55,493 nucleotides of DNA. Origin: a virus (Duplodnaviria; Heunggongvirae; Uroviricota; Caudoviricetes). Shown here piece by piece: positions 42,314-55,493 of this stretch; the stretch's first letter is position 1; each line of letters opens with the position of its first letter. Both the position numbers and the translations under genes were made by a program. Where the stretch lies: IMG/VR virus record IMGVR_UViG_2663763400_000006, one strand, 5' to 3'. The notes beneath the pieces are model-generated. The model had not been told where the DNA came from, did not search any database, and saw nothing but the letters and a program-made list of their open reading frames with translations.

Positions 42314-44867
42314 ACCGGTAGGCGATCTGGTCGTTGATTTGAGTCTGGATGCGGCCAGATTTGACGAGCAGATGGCCAGAGTCAGGCGTCATTTTTCCGG
42401 TACGGAAAGTGATGCGAAAAAAACAGCGGCAGTCGTTGAACAGTCGCTGAGCCGACAGGCGCTGGCTGCACAGAAAGCGGGGATTTCCGTCGGGCAGTAT
42501 AAAGCTGCCATGCGTATGCTGCCTGCGCAGTTCACTGACGTGGCCACGCAGCTTGCAGGCGGGCAAAGTCCGTGGCTGATCCTGCTGCAACAGGGTGGTC
42601 AGGTGAAGGACTCCTTCGGCGGGATGATCCCCATGTTCAGGGGGCTTGCCGGTGCGCTCACCCTGCCGATGGTCGGGGCCACCTCGCTGGCGGTGGCGAC
42701 CGGTGCGCTGGCGTATGCCTGGTATCAGGGCAACTCAACCCTGTCCGATTTCAACAAAACGCTGGTCCTTTCCGGCAATCAGTCGGGGCTGACGGCAGAT
42801 CGCATGCTGGTCCTGTCCAGAGCCGGGCAGGCGGCAGGGCTGACGTTTGACCAGACCAGCGAGTCACTCAGCGCACTGGTTAAGGCGGGGGGAAGCGGTG
42901 AGGCTCAGATTGCGTCCATCAGCCAGAGTGTGGCGCGTTTCTCCTCTGCATCCAGCGTGGAGGTGGACAAGGTCGCTGAAGCCTTCGGGAAGCTGACCAC
43001 AGACCCGACGTCGGGGCTGACGGCGATGGCACGCCAGTTCCATAACGTGACGGCGGAGCAGATTGCGTATGTTGCTCAGTTGCAGCGTTCCGGCGATGAA
43101 GCCGGGGCATTGCAGGCGGCGAACGAGGCCGCAACGAAAGGGTTTGATGACCAGACCCGCCGCCTGAAAGAGAACATGGGCACGCTGGAGACCTGGGCAG
43201 ACAGGACTGCGCGGGCATTCAAATCCATGTGGGATGCGGTGCTGGATATTGGTCGTCCTGATACCGCGCAGGAGATGCTGATTAAGGCAGAGGCTGCGTT
43301 TAAGAAAGCAGACGACATCTGGAATCTGCGCAAGGATGATTATTTTGTTAACGATGAAGCGCGGGCGCGTTACTGGGATGACCGTGAAAAGGCCCGTCTT
43401 GCGCTTGAAGCCGCCCGAAAGAAGGCTGAGCAGCAGACTCAACAGGACAAAAATGCGCAGCAGCAGAGCGATACCGAAGCGTCACGGCTGAAATATACCG
43501 AAGAGGCGCAGAAGGCTTACGAACGGCTGCAGACGCCGCTGGAGAAATATACCGCCCGTCAGGAAGAACTGAACAAGGCACTGAAAGACGGGAAAATCCT
43601 GCAGGCGGATTACAACACGCTGATGGCGGCGGCGAAAAAGGATTATGAAGCGACGCTGAAAAAGCCGAAACAGTCCGGCGTGAAGGTGTCTGCGGGCGAT
43701 CGTCAGGAAGACAGTGCTCATGCTGCTCTGCTGACGCTTCAGGCAGAACTCCGGACGCTGGAGAAGCATGCCGGAGCAAATGAGAAAATCAGCCAGCAGC
43801 GCCGGGATTTGTGGAAGGCGGAGAGTCAGTTCGCGGTACTGGAGGAGGCGGCGCAACGTCGCCAGCTGTCTGCACAGGAGAAATCCCTGCTGGCGCATAA
43901 AGATGAGACGCTGGAGTACAAACGCCAGCTGGCTGCGCTTGGCGACAAGGTTACGTATCAGGAGCGCCTGAACGCGCTGGCGCAGCAGGCGGATAAATTC
44001 GCACAGCAGCAACGGGCAAAACGGGCCGCCATTGATGCGAAAAGCCGGGGGCTGACTGACCGGCAGGCAGAACGGGAAGCCACGGAACAGCGCCTGAAGG
44101 AACAGTATGGCGATAATCCGCTGGCGCTGAATAACGTCATGTCAGAGCAGAAAAAGACCTGGGCGGCTGAAGACCAGCTTCGCGGGAACTGGATGGCAGG
44201 CCTGAAGTCCGGCTGGAGTGAGTGGGAAGAGAGCGCCACGGACAGTATGTCGCAGGTAAAAAGTGCAGCCACGCAGACCTTTGATGGTATTGCACAGAAT
44301 ATGGCGGCGATGCTGACCGGCAGTGAGCAGAACTGGCGCAGCTTCACCCGTTCCGTGCTGTCCATGATGACAGAAATTCTGCTTAAGCAGGCAATGGTGG
44401 GGATTGTCGGGAGTATCGGCAGCGCCATTGGCGGGGCTGTTGGTGGCGGCGCATCCGCGTCAGGCGGTACAGCCATTCAGGCCGCTGCGGCGAAATTCCA
44501 TTTTGCAACCGGAGGATTTACGGGAACCGGCGGCAAATATGAGCCAGCGGGGATTGTTCACCGTGGTGAGTTTGTCTTCACGAAGGAGGCAACCAGCCGG
44601 ATTGGCGTGGGGAATCTTTACCGGCTGATGCGCGGCTATGCCACCGGCGGTTATGTCGGTACACCGGGCAGCATGGCAGACAGCCGGTCGCAGGCGTCCG
44701 GGACGTTTGAGCAGAATAACCATGTGGTGATTAACAACGACGGCACGAACGGGCAGATAGGTCCGGCCGCTCTGAAGGCGGTGTATGACATGGCCCGCAA
44801 GGGTGCCCGTGATGAAATTCAGACACAGATGCGTGATGGTGGCCTGTTCTCCGGAGGTGGACGATGA
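42306..44867 (+). CDS. H: Tape measure protein H
   Basis: 853 aa, alpha-helical and Ala/Gln-rich, matches lambda H as recalled. Confidence 0.9.
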   Translation: MAEPVGDLVVDLSLDAARFDEQMARVRRHFSGTESDAKKTAAVVEQSLSRQALAAQKAGISVGQYKAAMRMLPAQFTDVATQLAGGQSPWLILLQQGGQVKDSFGGMIPMFRGLAGALTLPMVGATSLAVATGALAYAWYQGNSTLSDFNKTLVLSGNQSGLTADRMLVLSRAGQAAGLTFDQTSESLSALVKAGGSGEAQIASISQSVARFSSASSVEVDKVAEAFGKLTTDPTSGLTAMARQFHNVTAEQIAYVAQLQRSGDEAGALQAANEAATKGFDDQTRRLKENMGTLETWADRTARAFKSMWDAVLDIGRPDTAQEMLIKAEAAFKKADDIWNLRKDDYFVNDEARARYWDDREKARLALEAARKKAEQQTQQDKNAQQQSDTEASRLKYTEEAQKAYERLQTPLEKYTARQEELNKALKDGKILQADYNTLMAAAKKDYEATLKKPKQSGVKVSAGDRQEDSAHAALLTLQAELRTLEKHAGANEKISQQRRDLWKAESQFAVLEEAAQRRQLSAQEKSLLAHKDETLEYKRQLAALGDKVTYQERLNALAQQADKFAQQQRAKRAAIDAKSRGLTDRQAEREATEQRLKEQYGDNPLALNNVMSEQKKTWAAEDQLRGNWMAGLKSGWSEWEESATDSMSQVKSAATQTFDGIAQNMAAMLTGSEQNWRSFTRSVLSMMTEILLKQAMVGIVGSIGSAIGGAVGGGASASGGTAIQAAAAKFHFATGGFTGTGGKYEPAGIVHRGEFVFTKEATSRIGVGNLYRLMRGYATGGYVGTPGSMADSRSQASGTFEQNNHVVINNDGTNGQIGPAALKAVYDMARKGARDEIQTQMRDGGLFSGGGR

Positions 44868-45193
44868 AGACCTTCCGCTGGAAAGTGAAACCCGGTATGG
44901 ATGTGACATCGGCTCCTTCCGTCAGGGAGGTGCGCTTTGGTGATGGCTATTCCCAGCGTGCGCCTGCCGGGCTGAACGCTGACCTGAAAACGTACAGCGT
45001 GACGCTGTCTGTCTCCCGTGAGGAGGCCACGGCGCTGGAGTCGTTTCTGGCTGAGCACGGGGGCTGGAAGGCCTTTCTGTGGACGCCGCCTTATGGTTAC
45101 AGGCAGATAAAGGTGACCTGCGCAAAATGGTCGTCGCAGGTCAGTATGTTGCGTGTTGAGTTCAGCGCAGAGTTTAAACAGGTGGTGAACTGA
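44864..45193 (+). CDS. M: Minor tail protein M
   Basis: 109 aa, matches lambda M as recalled. Confidence 0.9.
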   Translation: MKTFRWKVKPGMDVTSAPSVREVRFGDGYSQRAPAGLNADLKTYSVTLSVSREEATALESFLAEHGGWKAFLWTPPYGYRQIKVTCAKWSSQVSMLRVEFSAEFKQVVN

Positions 45194-45891
45194 TGCAGGA
45201 TATCCGGCAGGAAACACTGAATGAATGCACCCGTGCGGAGCAGTCGGCCAGCGTGGTGCTCTGGGAAATCGATCTGACAGAGGTTGGTGGAGAACGTTAT
45301 TTTTTCTGTAATGAGCAGAACGAAAAAGGTGAGCCGGTCACCTGGCAGGGGCGGCAGTATCAGGCGTATCCCATTCAGGGGAGTGGTTTTGAACTGAATG
45401 GCAAAGGCACCAGTACGCGCCCCACGCTGACGGTTTCTAACCTGTACGGCATGGTCACCGGGATGGCGGAAGATCTGCAGAGTCTGGTCGGCGGAACGGT
45501 GGTCAGGCGTAAGGTTTACGCCCGTTTTCTGGATGCGGTGAACTTCGTCAACGGAAACAGAGACGCCGATCCGGAGCAGGAGGTGATCAGCCGCTGGCGC
45601 ATTGAGCAGTGCAGCGAACTGAGCGCGGTCAGTGCCTCCTTTGTACTGTCCACGCCGACGGAAACGGACGGCGCTGTTTTTCCGGGACGTATCATGCTGG
45701 CCAACACCTGCACCTGGACCTATCGCGGCGATGAGTGCGGTTATCACGGTCCGGCGGTCGCGGATGAATATGACCAGCCAACGTCCGATATCACGAAGGA
45801 TAAATGCAGCAAATGCCTGAGCGGTTGTAAGTTCCGCAATAACGTCGGCAACTTTGGCGGCTTCCTTTCCATTAACAAACTTTCGCAGTAA
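45193..45891 (+). CDS. L: Minor tail protein L
   Basis: 232 aa, matches lambda L as recalled. Confidence 0.9.
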   Translation: MQDIRQETLNECTRAEQSASVVLWEIDLTEVGGERYFFCNEQNEKGEPVTWQGRQYQAYPIQGSGFELNGKGTSTRPTLTVSNLYGMVTGMAEDLQSLVGGTVVRRKVYARFLDAVNFVNGNRDADPEQEVISRWRIEQCSELSAVSASFVLSTPTETDGAVFPGRIMLANTCTWTYRGDECGYHGPAVADEYDQPTSDITKDKCSKCLSGCKFRNNVGNFGGFLSINKLSQ

Positions 45892-45895
45892 TCCC

Positions 45896-46639
45896 ATGAC
45901 AGAGACAGAATCAGCGATTCTGGCGCACGCCCGGCGATGTGCGCCAGCGGAGTCGTGCGGCTTCGTGGTAAGCACGCCGGAGGGGGAAAGATATTTCCCC
46001 TGCGTGAATATCTCCGGTGAGCCGGAGGATTATTTCCGGATGGCTCCGGAGGACTGGCTGCAGGCAGAAATGCAGGGTGAGATTGTGGCGCTGGTCCACA
46101 GCCACCCCGGTGGTCTGCCCTGGCTGAGTGAGGCTGACCGGCGGCTGCAGGTGCAGAGTGATTTGCCGTGGTTGCTGGTCTGCCGGGGGGCGATTCATAA
46201 GTTCCGCTGTGTGCCGCATCTCACCGGGCGGCGCTTTGAGCACGGGGTGACGGACTGTTACACGCTGTTCCGGGATGCTTATCATCTGGCGGGGATTGAG
46301 ATGCCGGATTTTCATCGCGAGGATGACTGGTGGCGTCACGATCAGAATCTCTATCTGGATAATCTGGAGGCCACAGGGCTGTATCAGGTGCCGTTGTCAT
46401 CAGCACAACCGGGCGATGTGCTGCTGTGCTGTTTTGGTTCATCGGTGCCGAATCATGCCGCCATTTACTGTGGTGATGGCGAGCTGCTGCACCATATTCC
46501 TGAACAACTGAGCAAACGAGAGAGGTATACCGACAAATGGCAGCGACGCACACACTCCCTCTGGCGTCACCGGGCATGGCGCGCATCTGCCTTTACGGGG
46601 ATTTACAACGATTTGGTCGCCGCATCGACCTTCGTGTGA
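45896..46639 (+). CDS. K: Tail tip assembly protein K (NlpC/P60-like)
   Basis: MTETESAILAHARRCAPAESCGFVVSTPEGERYFPCVNIS... matches lambda K as recalled. Confidence 0.85.
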   Translation: MTETESAILAHARRCAPAESCGFVVSTPEGERYFPCVNISGEPEDYFRMAPEDWLQAEMQGEIVALVHSHPGGLPWLSEADRRLQVQSDLPWLLVCRGAIHKFRCVPHLTGRRFEHGVTDCYTLFRDAYHLAGIEMPDFHREDDWWRHDQNLYLDNLEATGLYQVPLSSAQPGDVLLCCFGSSVPNHAAIYCGDGELLHHIPEQLSKRERYTDKWQRRTHSLWRHRAWRASAFTGIYNDLVAASTFV

Positions 46640-47178
46640 AAACGGGGGCTGAAGCCATCCGGGCGCTGGCCACACAGCTCCCGGCGTTTCGTCAGAAACT
46701 GAGCGACGGCTGGTATCAGGTACGGATTGCCGGGCGTGATACAGGTGAAACGGAATTATCAGCCCGTCTTAATGAACCGCTGGCAAATGGTGCTGTGATC
46801 CATATCGTGCCGCGTCTGGCAGGAGCCAAAAGTGGCGGTGTGTTTCAGGCTGTGCTGGGGGCGGCTGTTATGGCGGTTGCTATATGGATGCCGGGGGTAG
46901 GAATTATGGCGAGTAATCTGCTGTTTTCTCTCGGTGCCAGTATGACGCTTGGCGGTGTTGCACAGATGCTGGCCCCTAAACCCAAAACCCCCCGCACACA
47001 GACAACGGATAACGGCAAACAGAACACCTATTTTTCTTCACTGGATAATATGGTTGCCCAGGGCAATGTTCTGCCCGTTCTGTACGGTGAAATGCGCGTG
47101 GGATCACGTGTGGTATCTCAGGAGATCAGCACAGCAGATGAAGGTGATGGTGGTCAGGTTGTGGTGATTGGTCGCTGA
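46537..47178 (+). CDS. I: Tail tip assembly protein I
   Basis: 213 aa, matches lambda I at both ends with a variable central region. Confidence 0.85.
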   Translation: MAATHTLPLASPGMARICLYGDLQRFGRRIDLRVKTGAEAIRALATQLPAFRQKLSDGWYQVRIAGRDTGETELSARLNEPLANGAVIHIVPRLAGAKSGGVFQAVLGAAVMAVAIWMPGVGIMASNLLFSLGASMTLGGVAQMLAPKPKTPRTQTTDNGKQNTYFSSLDNMVAQGNVLPVLYGEMRVGSRVVSQEISTADEGDGGQVVVIGR

Positions 47179-47235
47179 TGAAAAACGTTTTATGTGAAAC
47201 CGCCTCCGGGCGGTTTTATCGTTTATGGAGCATGA

Positions 47236-50719
<3,484 letters not shown>

Positions 50720-50738
50720 ATTTTATAACCCAGATACG

Positions 50739-50770
50739 GGCACCAGAAATGGTGCCTTTTTTATTGCAGA
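50739..50770 (+). terminator. Hairpin plus T-tract after J
   Basis: ggcaccagaaatggtgcc followed by tttttt. Confidence 0.45.
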
Positions 50771-50786
50771 AAAGCGAGAGGTAATT

Positions 50787-51386
50787 ATGCGTAAATTATG
50801 TGCTGTTATTCTGTCCGCAGTAGTCTGGCTGGTTGCCGCTGGTACGCCAGCGAGCGCAGCAGAGCATCAGTCCACACTAAGCGCCGGGTATCTTCAGACC
50901 CATACTGATATGCCAGGCAGTGATGACCTGAAGGGCATTAACGTGAAATACCGTTATGAATTTACGGACACGCTGGGGCTGGTGACGTCATTCAGTTATG
51001 CCAATGCCAAAGATGAGCAAAGAACGCATTACAGCGATACCCGCTGGCATGAAGATTCAGTGCGTAACCGCTGGTTCAGCATGATGGCGGGGCCATCTGT
51101 ACGCGTGAATGAATGGTTCAGTGCTTATGCGATGGCAGGTGTGGCTTACAGCCGTGTTTCGACGTTCTCCGGGGATTATCTCCGCGTAACTGACAACAAG
51201 GGGAAAACGCACGATGTGCTGACCGGAAGTGATGACGATCGCCACAGCAACACGTCTCTGGCGTGGGGAGCTGGCGTGCAGTTTAACCCGACCGAATCCG
51301 TGGCCATTGATATTGCTTATGAAGGCTCCGGCAGTGGCGACTGGCGCACTGACGGTTTCATCGTGGGTGTCGGTTATAAGTTCTGA
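50787..51386 (+). CDS. lom: Outer membrane protein Lom (Ail/Lom family)
   Basis: 199 aa with signal peptide; matches lambda Lom as recalled. Confidence 0.9.
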   Translation: MRKLCAVILSAVVWLVAAGTPASAAEHQSTLSAGYLQTHTDMPGSDDLKGINVKYRYEFTDTLGLVTSFSYANAKDEQRTHYSDTRWHEDSVRNRWFSMMAGPSVRVNEWFSAYAMAGVAYSRVSTFSGDYLRVTDNKGKTHDVLTGSDDDRHSNTSLAWGAGVQFNPTESVAIDIAYEGSGSGDWRTDGFIVGVGYKF

Positions 51387-51407
51387 TTAGCCAGGTAACA
51401 CAGTGTT

Positions 51408-51440
51408 ATGACAGCCCGCCGGTTCAGGCGGGCTTTTTTG
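51408..51440 (+). terminator. Rho-independent terminator after lom
   Basis: agcccgccggttcaggcgggct followed by tttttt. Confidence 0.55.
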
Positions 51441-51450
51441 TGGAGTGGAT

Positions 51451-53826
51451 ATGGCAGCAGTAAAAATCTCAGGTGTGCTGAAAGATGGTGCGGGAAAACC
51501 AATACAGAACTGCACTATTCAACTGAAGGCAAAGCGTAACAGCACCACGGTACTGGTGAACACGGTGGCTTCTGAAAATCCGGATGAAGCCGGACGTTAC
51601 AGCATGGATGTTGAGTATGGCCAGTACAGCGTCACCCTGCTGGTTGAAGGTTTTCCGCCTTCACATGCCGGGACCATTACCGTCTATGAAGGCTCCAGAC
51701 CAGGTACGCTGAATGATTTTCTCGGTGCCATGACGGAAGATGATGTCATGCCGGAGGCATTGCGTCGTTTTGAGGAAATGGTGGAAGAAGCGGCACGCAA
51801 CGCTGAAGCCGCCTCTCAGAGCGCAGCGGCGGCAAAGAAATCCGAAACTGCAGCGGCATCATCGAAGAACGCGGCGAAAACCTCAGAAACGAATGCAGCT
51901 AATAGTGCACAGGCGGCAGCGACCTCAAAGACTGCATCGGCAAACTCCGCGACAGCAGCCAAAAAATCAGAAACCAACGCGAAAAATAGCGAGACAGCCG
52001 CAAAGACGAGCGAAACCAACGCAAAGTCCAGCCAGACGGCAGCGAAAACCAGCGAAACGAATGCCAAAGCCAGTGAAACTGCGGCAAAAAACAGCCAGGT
52101 TGCAGCAGCCCAAAGCGAGAGCGCGGCAGCCGGTTCTGCGACTTCAGCAGCTGGATCAGCAACTGCTGCGGCTAACAGCCAGAAAGCTGCGAAGACGAGT
52201 GAAACTAACGCAAAGTCCAGCCAGACGGCAGCGAAGACCAGCGAAACGAATGCCAAAGCCAGCGAAACTGCGGCGAAAAACAGTCAGGATGCAGCAGCCC
52301 AAAGCGAGAGTGCTGCAGCTGGTTCTGCAAGCGCGGCGGCTGCTTCTGCCACTGCATCAGCCAACAGTCAAAAAGCAGCAAAAACCAGTGAAACCAATGC
52401 AAAGACAAGCGAGACTGCAGCGGCGAACTCGGCGAAAGCATCGGCAGCAAGCCAGACAGCAGCTAAAGCAAGTGAAGACGCAGCCAGAGAGTATGCAAGT
52501 CAGGCAGCAGAGCCGTATAAATATGTCTTACAGCCGCTGCCTGATGTGTGGATACCATTTAACGATTCGCTGGATATGATTACGGGCTTTTCGCCATCAT
52601 ATAAAAAAATTGTTATTGGTGACGATGAAATAACGATGCCTGGCGACAAGATTGTTAAGTTTAAACGTGCATCGAAAGCAACCTATATTAACAAATCTGG
52701 TGTGCTGACAGAGGCTGCCATTGACGAGCCACGATTTGAACGTGATGGCCTGCTTATTGAGGGGCAAAGAACAAACTACATGCTCAATTCGGAAAGCCCT
52801 GCAAGTTGGGGGCGATCATCAAATATGGATGTGCCCGAAACAGGGACGGATAATTTTGGTTTTACCTATGGAAAGTTTGTCTGCAACGATTCTCTGATTG
52901 GGCAAACCTCAGCCATTAATATGGCATCAATTGCTGCAACAAAGTCAGTTGATGTCTCAGGCGATAATAAACACGTGACAACCTCATGTCGTTTTAAAAC
53001 AGAACTGCAGGTAAGGTTGCGTATCCGGTTTGATAAATATGACGGTAGCACAACAACTTTTCTTGGTGATGCGTATATTGATACACAAACGCTTGAAATT
53101 AATATGACAGGCGGTGCTGCCTCAAGAATTACAGCGAGAGTCAGAAAGGACGAAGCTACCGGATGGATTTTTGCAGAGGCAACAATTCAGGCAATTGATG
53201 GGGAGTTAAAAATAGGCTCTCAGATACAGTATTCTCCTAAGCAGAGCGGGGCAACCGTATCTGGTGACTATATTTATCTGGCCACCCCACAAGTAGAAGA
53301 TGGGCCTTGTGTATCATCTTTTATTATATCAGGAGCGACGGCGGCGACCCGCGCAAGCGATATAGTTACAGTTCCAATTAAGAATAATCTTTATAATCTT
53401 CCTTTTACTGTTCTTTGTGAGGTACATAAGAACTGGTATAAAACGCCAAATGCAGCGCCACGTGTTTTTGATACCGGCGGTCATCAAACCGGAGCGGCTA
53501 TTATTCTTGGCTTCGGTCGTTCAACAGATTACGACGGATTTCCTTATTGCGATATTGGAGGAGCTAACAGACGGGTAAACGAAAACGCATCGCTTGAAAA
53601 AATGGTTATGGGGATGCGTGTAAAGTCAGAGCAGTCTACGTGCTCAGTAAGTAACGGGCATATATCCAGCGAAACAAAAACCACATGGTCCTGTATTCAG
53701 AACACCGCAATTATCCGTATTGGAGGCCAGACTACAGCCGGGTTACGTCATTTATTTGGTCATGTCAGGAATTTCAGAATATGGCACAAGGCATTGACTG
53801 ATGCTCAGGTGGGGGAGTCAATCTAA
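51451..53826 (+). CDS. stf: Side tail fibre Stf with divergent lectin-like C-terminal domain
   Basis: N-terminus MAAVKISGVLKDGAGKPIQNCTIQLKAKRNSTTVLVNTV matches lambda Stf; central Ala-rich tandem repeats; C-terminal third differs from lambda and ends in a LamG/ConA-like pattern (...LRHLFGHVRNFRIWHKALTDAQV). Confidence 0.85.
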   Translation: MAAVKISGVLKDGAGKPIQNCTIQLKAKRNSTTVLVNTVASENPDEAGRYSMDVEYGQYSVTLLVEGFPPSHAGTITVYEGSRPGTLNDFLGAMTEDDVMPEALRRFEEMVEEAARNAEAASQSAAAAKKSETAAASSKNAAKTSETNAANSAQAAATSKTASANSATAAKKSETNAKNSETAAKTSETNAKSSQTAAKTSETNAKASETAAKNSQVAAAQSESAAAGSATSAAGSATAAANSQKAAKTSETNAKSSQTAAKTSETNAKASETAAKNSQDAAAQSESAAAGSASAAAASATASANSQKAAKTSETNAKTSETAAANSAKASAASQTAAKASEDAAREYASQAAEPYKYVLQPLPDVWIPFNDSLDMITGFSPSYKKIVIGDDEITMPGDKIVKFKRASKATYINKSGVLTEAAIDEPRFERDGLLIEGQRTNYMLNSESPASWGRSSNMDVPETGTDNFGFTYGKFVCNDSLIGQTSAINMASIAATKSVDVSGDNKHVTTSCRFKTELQVRLRIRFDKYDGSTTTFLGDAYIDTQTLEINMTGGAASRITARVRKDEATGWIFAEATIQAIDGELKIGSQIQYSPKQSGATVSGDYIYLATPQVEDGPCVSSFIISGATAATRASDIVTVPIKNNLYNLPFTVLCEVHKNWYKTPNAAPRVFDTGGHQTGAAIILGFGRSTDYDGFPYCDIGGANRRVNENASLEKMVMGMRVKSEQSTCSVSNGHISSETKTTWSCIQNTAIIRIGGQTTAGLRHLFGHVRNFRIWHKALTDAQVGESI
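51790..52500 (+). repeat. Tandem in-frame repeats encoding the SETNAK/SQTAAKTSE stf shaft
   Basis: Repeated units such as gcgaaaaccagcgaaacgaatgccaaagccagtgaaactgcggc recur with small variations; they encode AAKTSETNAKSSQTAAKTSETNAKASETAAKNSQ repeats. Confidence 0.7.
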
Positions 53827-54107
53827 TGAAAGATTTAACACTCAAATTTGCCGACAGGGCCGACTTTTCGGCCTTTATGGAGAGTATTGGCTATTATGAT
53901 GACGAGTCGATGCAGGATGATATTCTTATTGACGTGATAGGTAACGCGTACAAAGAAACCGGAGAACTGACTGAAGATGGCGAACCGGTATGTGTTAAGG
54001 AAGACGGATATTTTGTAAACGTGCGCATCATTAATGATTCGCAAATATCGTCATTATTCGATGAATACGTGGTTGCTGTTGAGCATCAACTTCGTGGCTG
54101 GATGTGA
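53826..54107 (+). CDS. Hypothetical acidic protein (not lambda Tfa-like)
   Basis: 93-aa ORF starting at the stf stop. Confidence 0.3.
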   Translation: MKDLTLKFADRADFSAFMESIGYYDDESMQDDILIDVIGNAYKETGELTEDGEPVCVKEDGYFVNVRIINDSQISSLFDEYVVAVEHQLRGWM

Positions 54108-54116
54108 GGAAGAAAA

Positions 54117-55154
54117 ATGGCTACATCGACAGTAATTCCTGATGACATCAAAACGCTAAAATCCGACGTTAGCAAATTAAAAAACGATCAAGGAAGCTAC
54201 GCAACAAAATTATATGTAGACAGCAAAGATGAAATCGTTGGTGACTGGTCTGCTTCATGGTATCAGCAGGTATTGCCAACTAGCGGAGCTATATTTGGGA
54301 GAAAACTCCGCTCAACTCACAGGACGGCAGGTGTTGAGGATGCGTATTGCGAACTATACCTCAAAAAATGGATAGACAGTCCAGGTAACGCAATGGCGCG
54401 CCTTAACCTGAACGATAACGGGACAAACATTTGCTGGGACTCTACCAACCTTTATGGCGGTACGATGATTTTTCCCGGTGACAGCGGATACCTCAAAATG
54501 GGTAACTGCCTTATGTCATACAGCAAGCGTGGAAGTAACGCGCTTATTAAATTTGATTACACCGACACATTACAGATCAAATATGCCAATCATGGGTCAA
54601 CCATGACATTAAACACACAGGGAACCGCTTATGCTGGTGTTACTGCTCAATTGTGGGGCAACTCCAGCCGTCCTGTTGTTTATGAAGTCGGTGTTGATGG
54701 TGGCGCTTATATGTTCTATGCGCAGAAAAATACCGATAACACCTATATGTTAAGCGTTAATGGTGCATGTCATGCCACCACATTTAACCAGCATTCCGAC
54801 CGGGATCTGAAAGACAACATTCAGGTGATCGATAATGCAACCGACCGCATCCGTAAAATGAACGGCTATACATACACGCTTAAAGAAAACGGTATCCCCT
54901 ATGCTGGTGTCATTGCACAGGAAGCTCTGGAAGCAATCCCAGAAGTTGTAGGTTCCGCAATGAAATATCAGGACGGTGCAAGCGGATCGGAAGGTGAAGA
55001 AGGTGAACGTTATTACACAGTAGATTATTCTGGTGTTACTGGCTTGCTTGTTCAGGTAGCCAGAGAGTCAGACGACAGGATAACAGCACTGGAAGAAGAA
55101 AACGCAGAATTAAGACAAAGATTATCTGCAATTGAGGCGGCGCTTGCGTCTTAA
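54117..55154 (+). CDS. Tail fibre/tailspike protein with C-terminal S74-type intramolecular chaperone domain
   Basis: C-terminal SDRDLKDNIQVIDNATDRIRKMNGYTYTLKENGIPYAGVIAQEALEAIPEVV resembles the self-cleaving chaperone domain of endosialidase-type fibres, followed by a coiled-coil tail. Confidence 0.65.
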   Translation: MATSTVIPDDIKTLKSDVSKLKNDQGSYATKLYVDSKDEIVGDWSASWYQQVLPTSGAIFGRKLRSTHRTAGVEDAYCELYLKKWIDSPGNAMARLNLNDNGTNICWDSTNLYGGTMIFPGDSGYLKMGNCLMSYSKRGSNALIKFDYTDTLQIKYANHGSTMTLNTQGTAYAGVTAQLWGNSSRPVVYEVGVDGGAYMFYAQKNTDNTYMLSVNGACHATTFNQHSDRDLKDNIQVIDNATDRIRKMNGYTYTLKENGIPYAGVIAQEALEAIPEVVGSAMKYQDGASGSEGEEGERYYTVDYSGVTGLLVQVARESDDRITALEEENAELRQRLSAIEAALAS

Positions 55155-55193
55155 TAATATTAAGGGGTCGAGCGCCCCGTTTTATTGGGTAGG

Positions 55194-55493
55194 ATGAAAA
55201 TGGATATAACACCTTTCCTTCATGCGCTTTGTGCTGTGGCTGCGCAGCTACTGATTGGTCTTTTTACCGGGAACTGGGCTTACGGGGCGATAGCCGGTTG
55301 TACGTTCTTCATTGCGCGTGAACACACCCAGGCAGAATATCGCTGGATTGAAATGTTCGGGCATGGCAAGCGAATGAATATGCCGTGGTGGGGCGGTTTT
55401 GATCCGCGCGCGTGGGATGTAGCAAGTCTGATGGATTTTGCTGTGCCGGTGGTGGCGTGTCTGCTGGTCTGGCTGTTGGTTAATCGTGGGTGA
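55194..55493 (+). CDS. Hypothetical small membrane protein
   Basis: ORF with two hydrophobic helices (HALCAVAAQLLIGLF, FAVPVVACLLVWLLV); start taken at MKMDITPF. Confidence 0.4.
   Translation: MKMDITPFLHALCAVAAQLLIGLFTGNWAYGAIAGCTFFIAREHTQAEYRWIEMFGHGKRMNMPWWGGFDPRAWDVASLMDFAVPVVACLLVWLLVNRG

Noticed and set aside
51790-52500. Possible CRISPR-like array in stf
   Set aside because: The repeats are in-frame coding tandem repeats with variable, related units and no unique spacers, leader or cas genes.
51740-52579. Arg/Gln-rich 279-aa ORF and several minus-strand ORFs within the stf repeat region
   Set aside because: Alternative frames of the Ala-rich stf tandem repeats; low-complexity translation artefacts.

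Overview
The window is almost entirely a lambdoid prophage of an Enterobacteriaceae host, in prophage order int-xis-exo-bet-gam / OL-cI-OR-cro-O-P-ren / nin-type region-Q / lysis cassette / cos-Nu1-A-W-B-C-D-E-...-J-lom-stf-tail fibers. Many proteins match my recollection of phage lambda (Exo, Bet, Gam, O, P, Ren, R, Rz/Rz1, Bor, Nu1, A, W, B, C, D, E, FI-J, Lom, Stf N-terminus) and the nin region resembles the E. coli DLP12 cryptic prophage (emrE, large serine recombinase, ybcN, ninE, ybcO, rusA, ylcG, Q); all identities are by eye, no database search was run. Three things stand out. (1) A ~10.9 kb satellite-like integrative element sits inside the major capsid gene E, flanked by a 10-bp direct repeat; it carries a P4-type integrase, AlpA, a primase-helicase, an iteron origin, SSB, its own capsid and decoration homologues, a second cos site and its own small-terminase homologue. 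(2) An AT-rich two-gene cassette lies antisense between Q and the lysis genes (Zn-ribbon plus YejK/NdpA-like protein, and a membrane-anchored partner). (3) An unknown 287-aa gene occupies the rexAB position downstream of cI. The prophage also looks defective: an in-frame TGA in portal gene B and a frameshift in J, in addition to the split E. No rRNA, tRNA or CRISPR array was found. Coordinates derived from reading the sequence are accurate to about +/-1-2 bp; ORF-track coordinates were used where the two disagreed.
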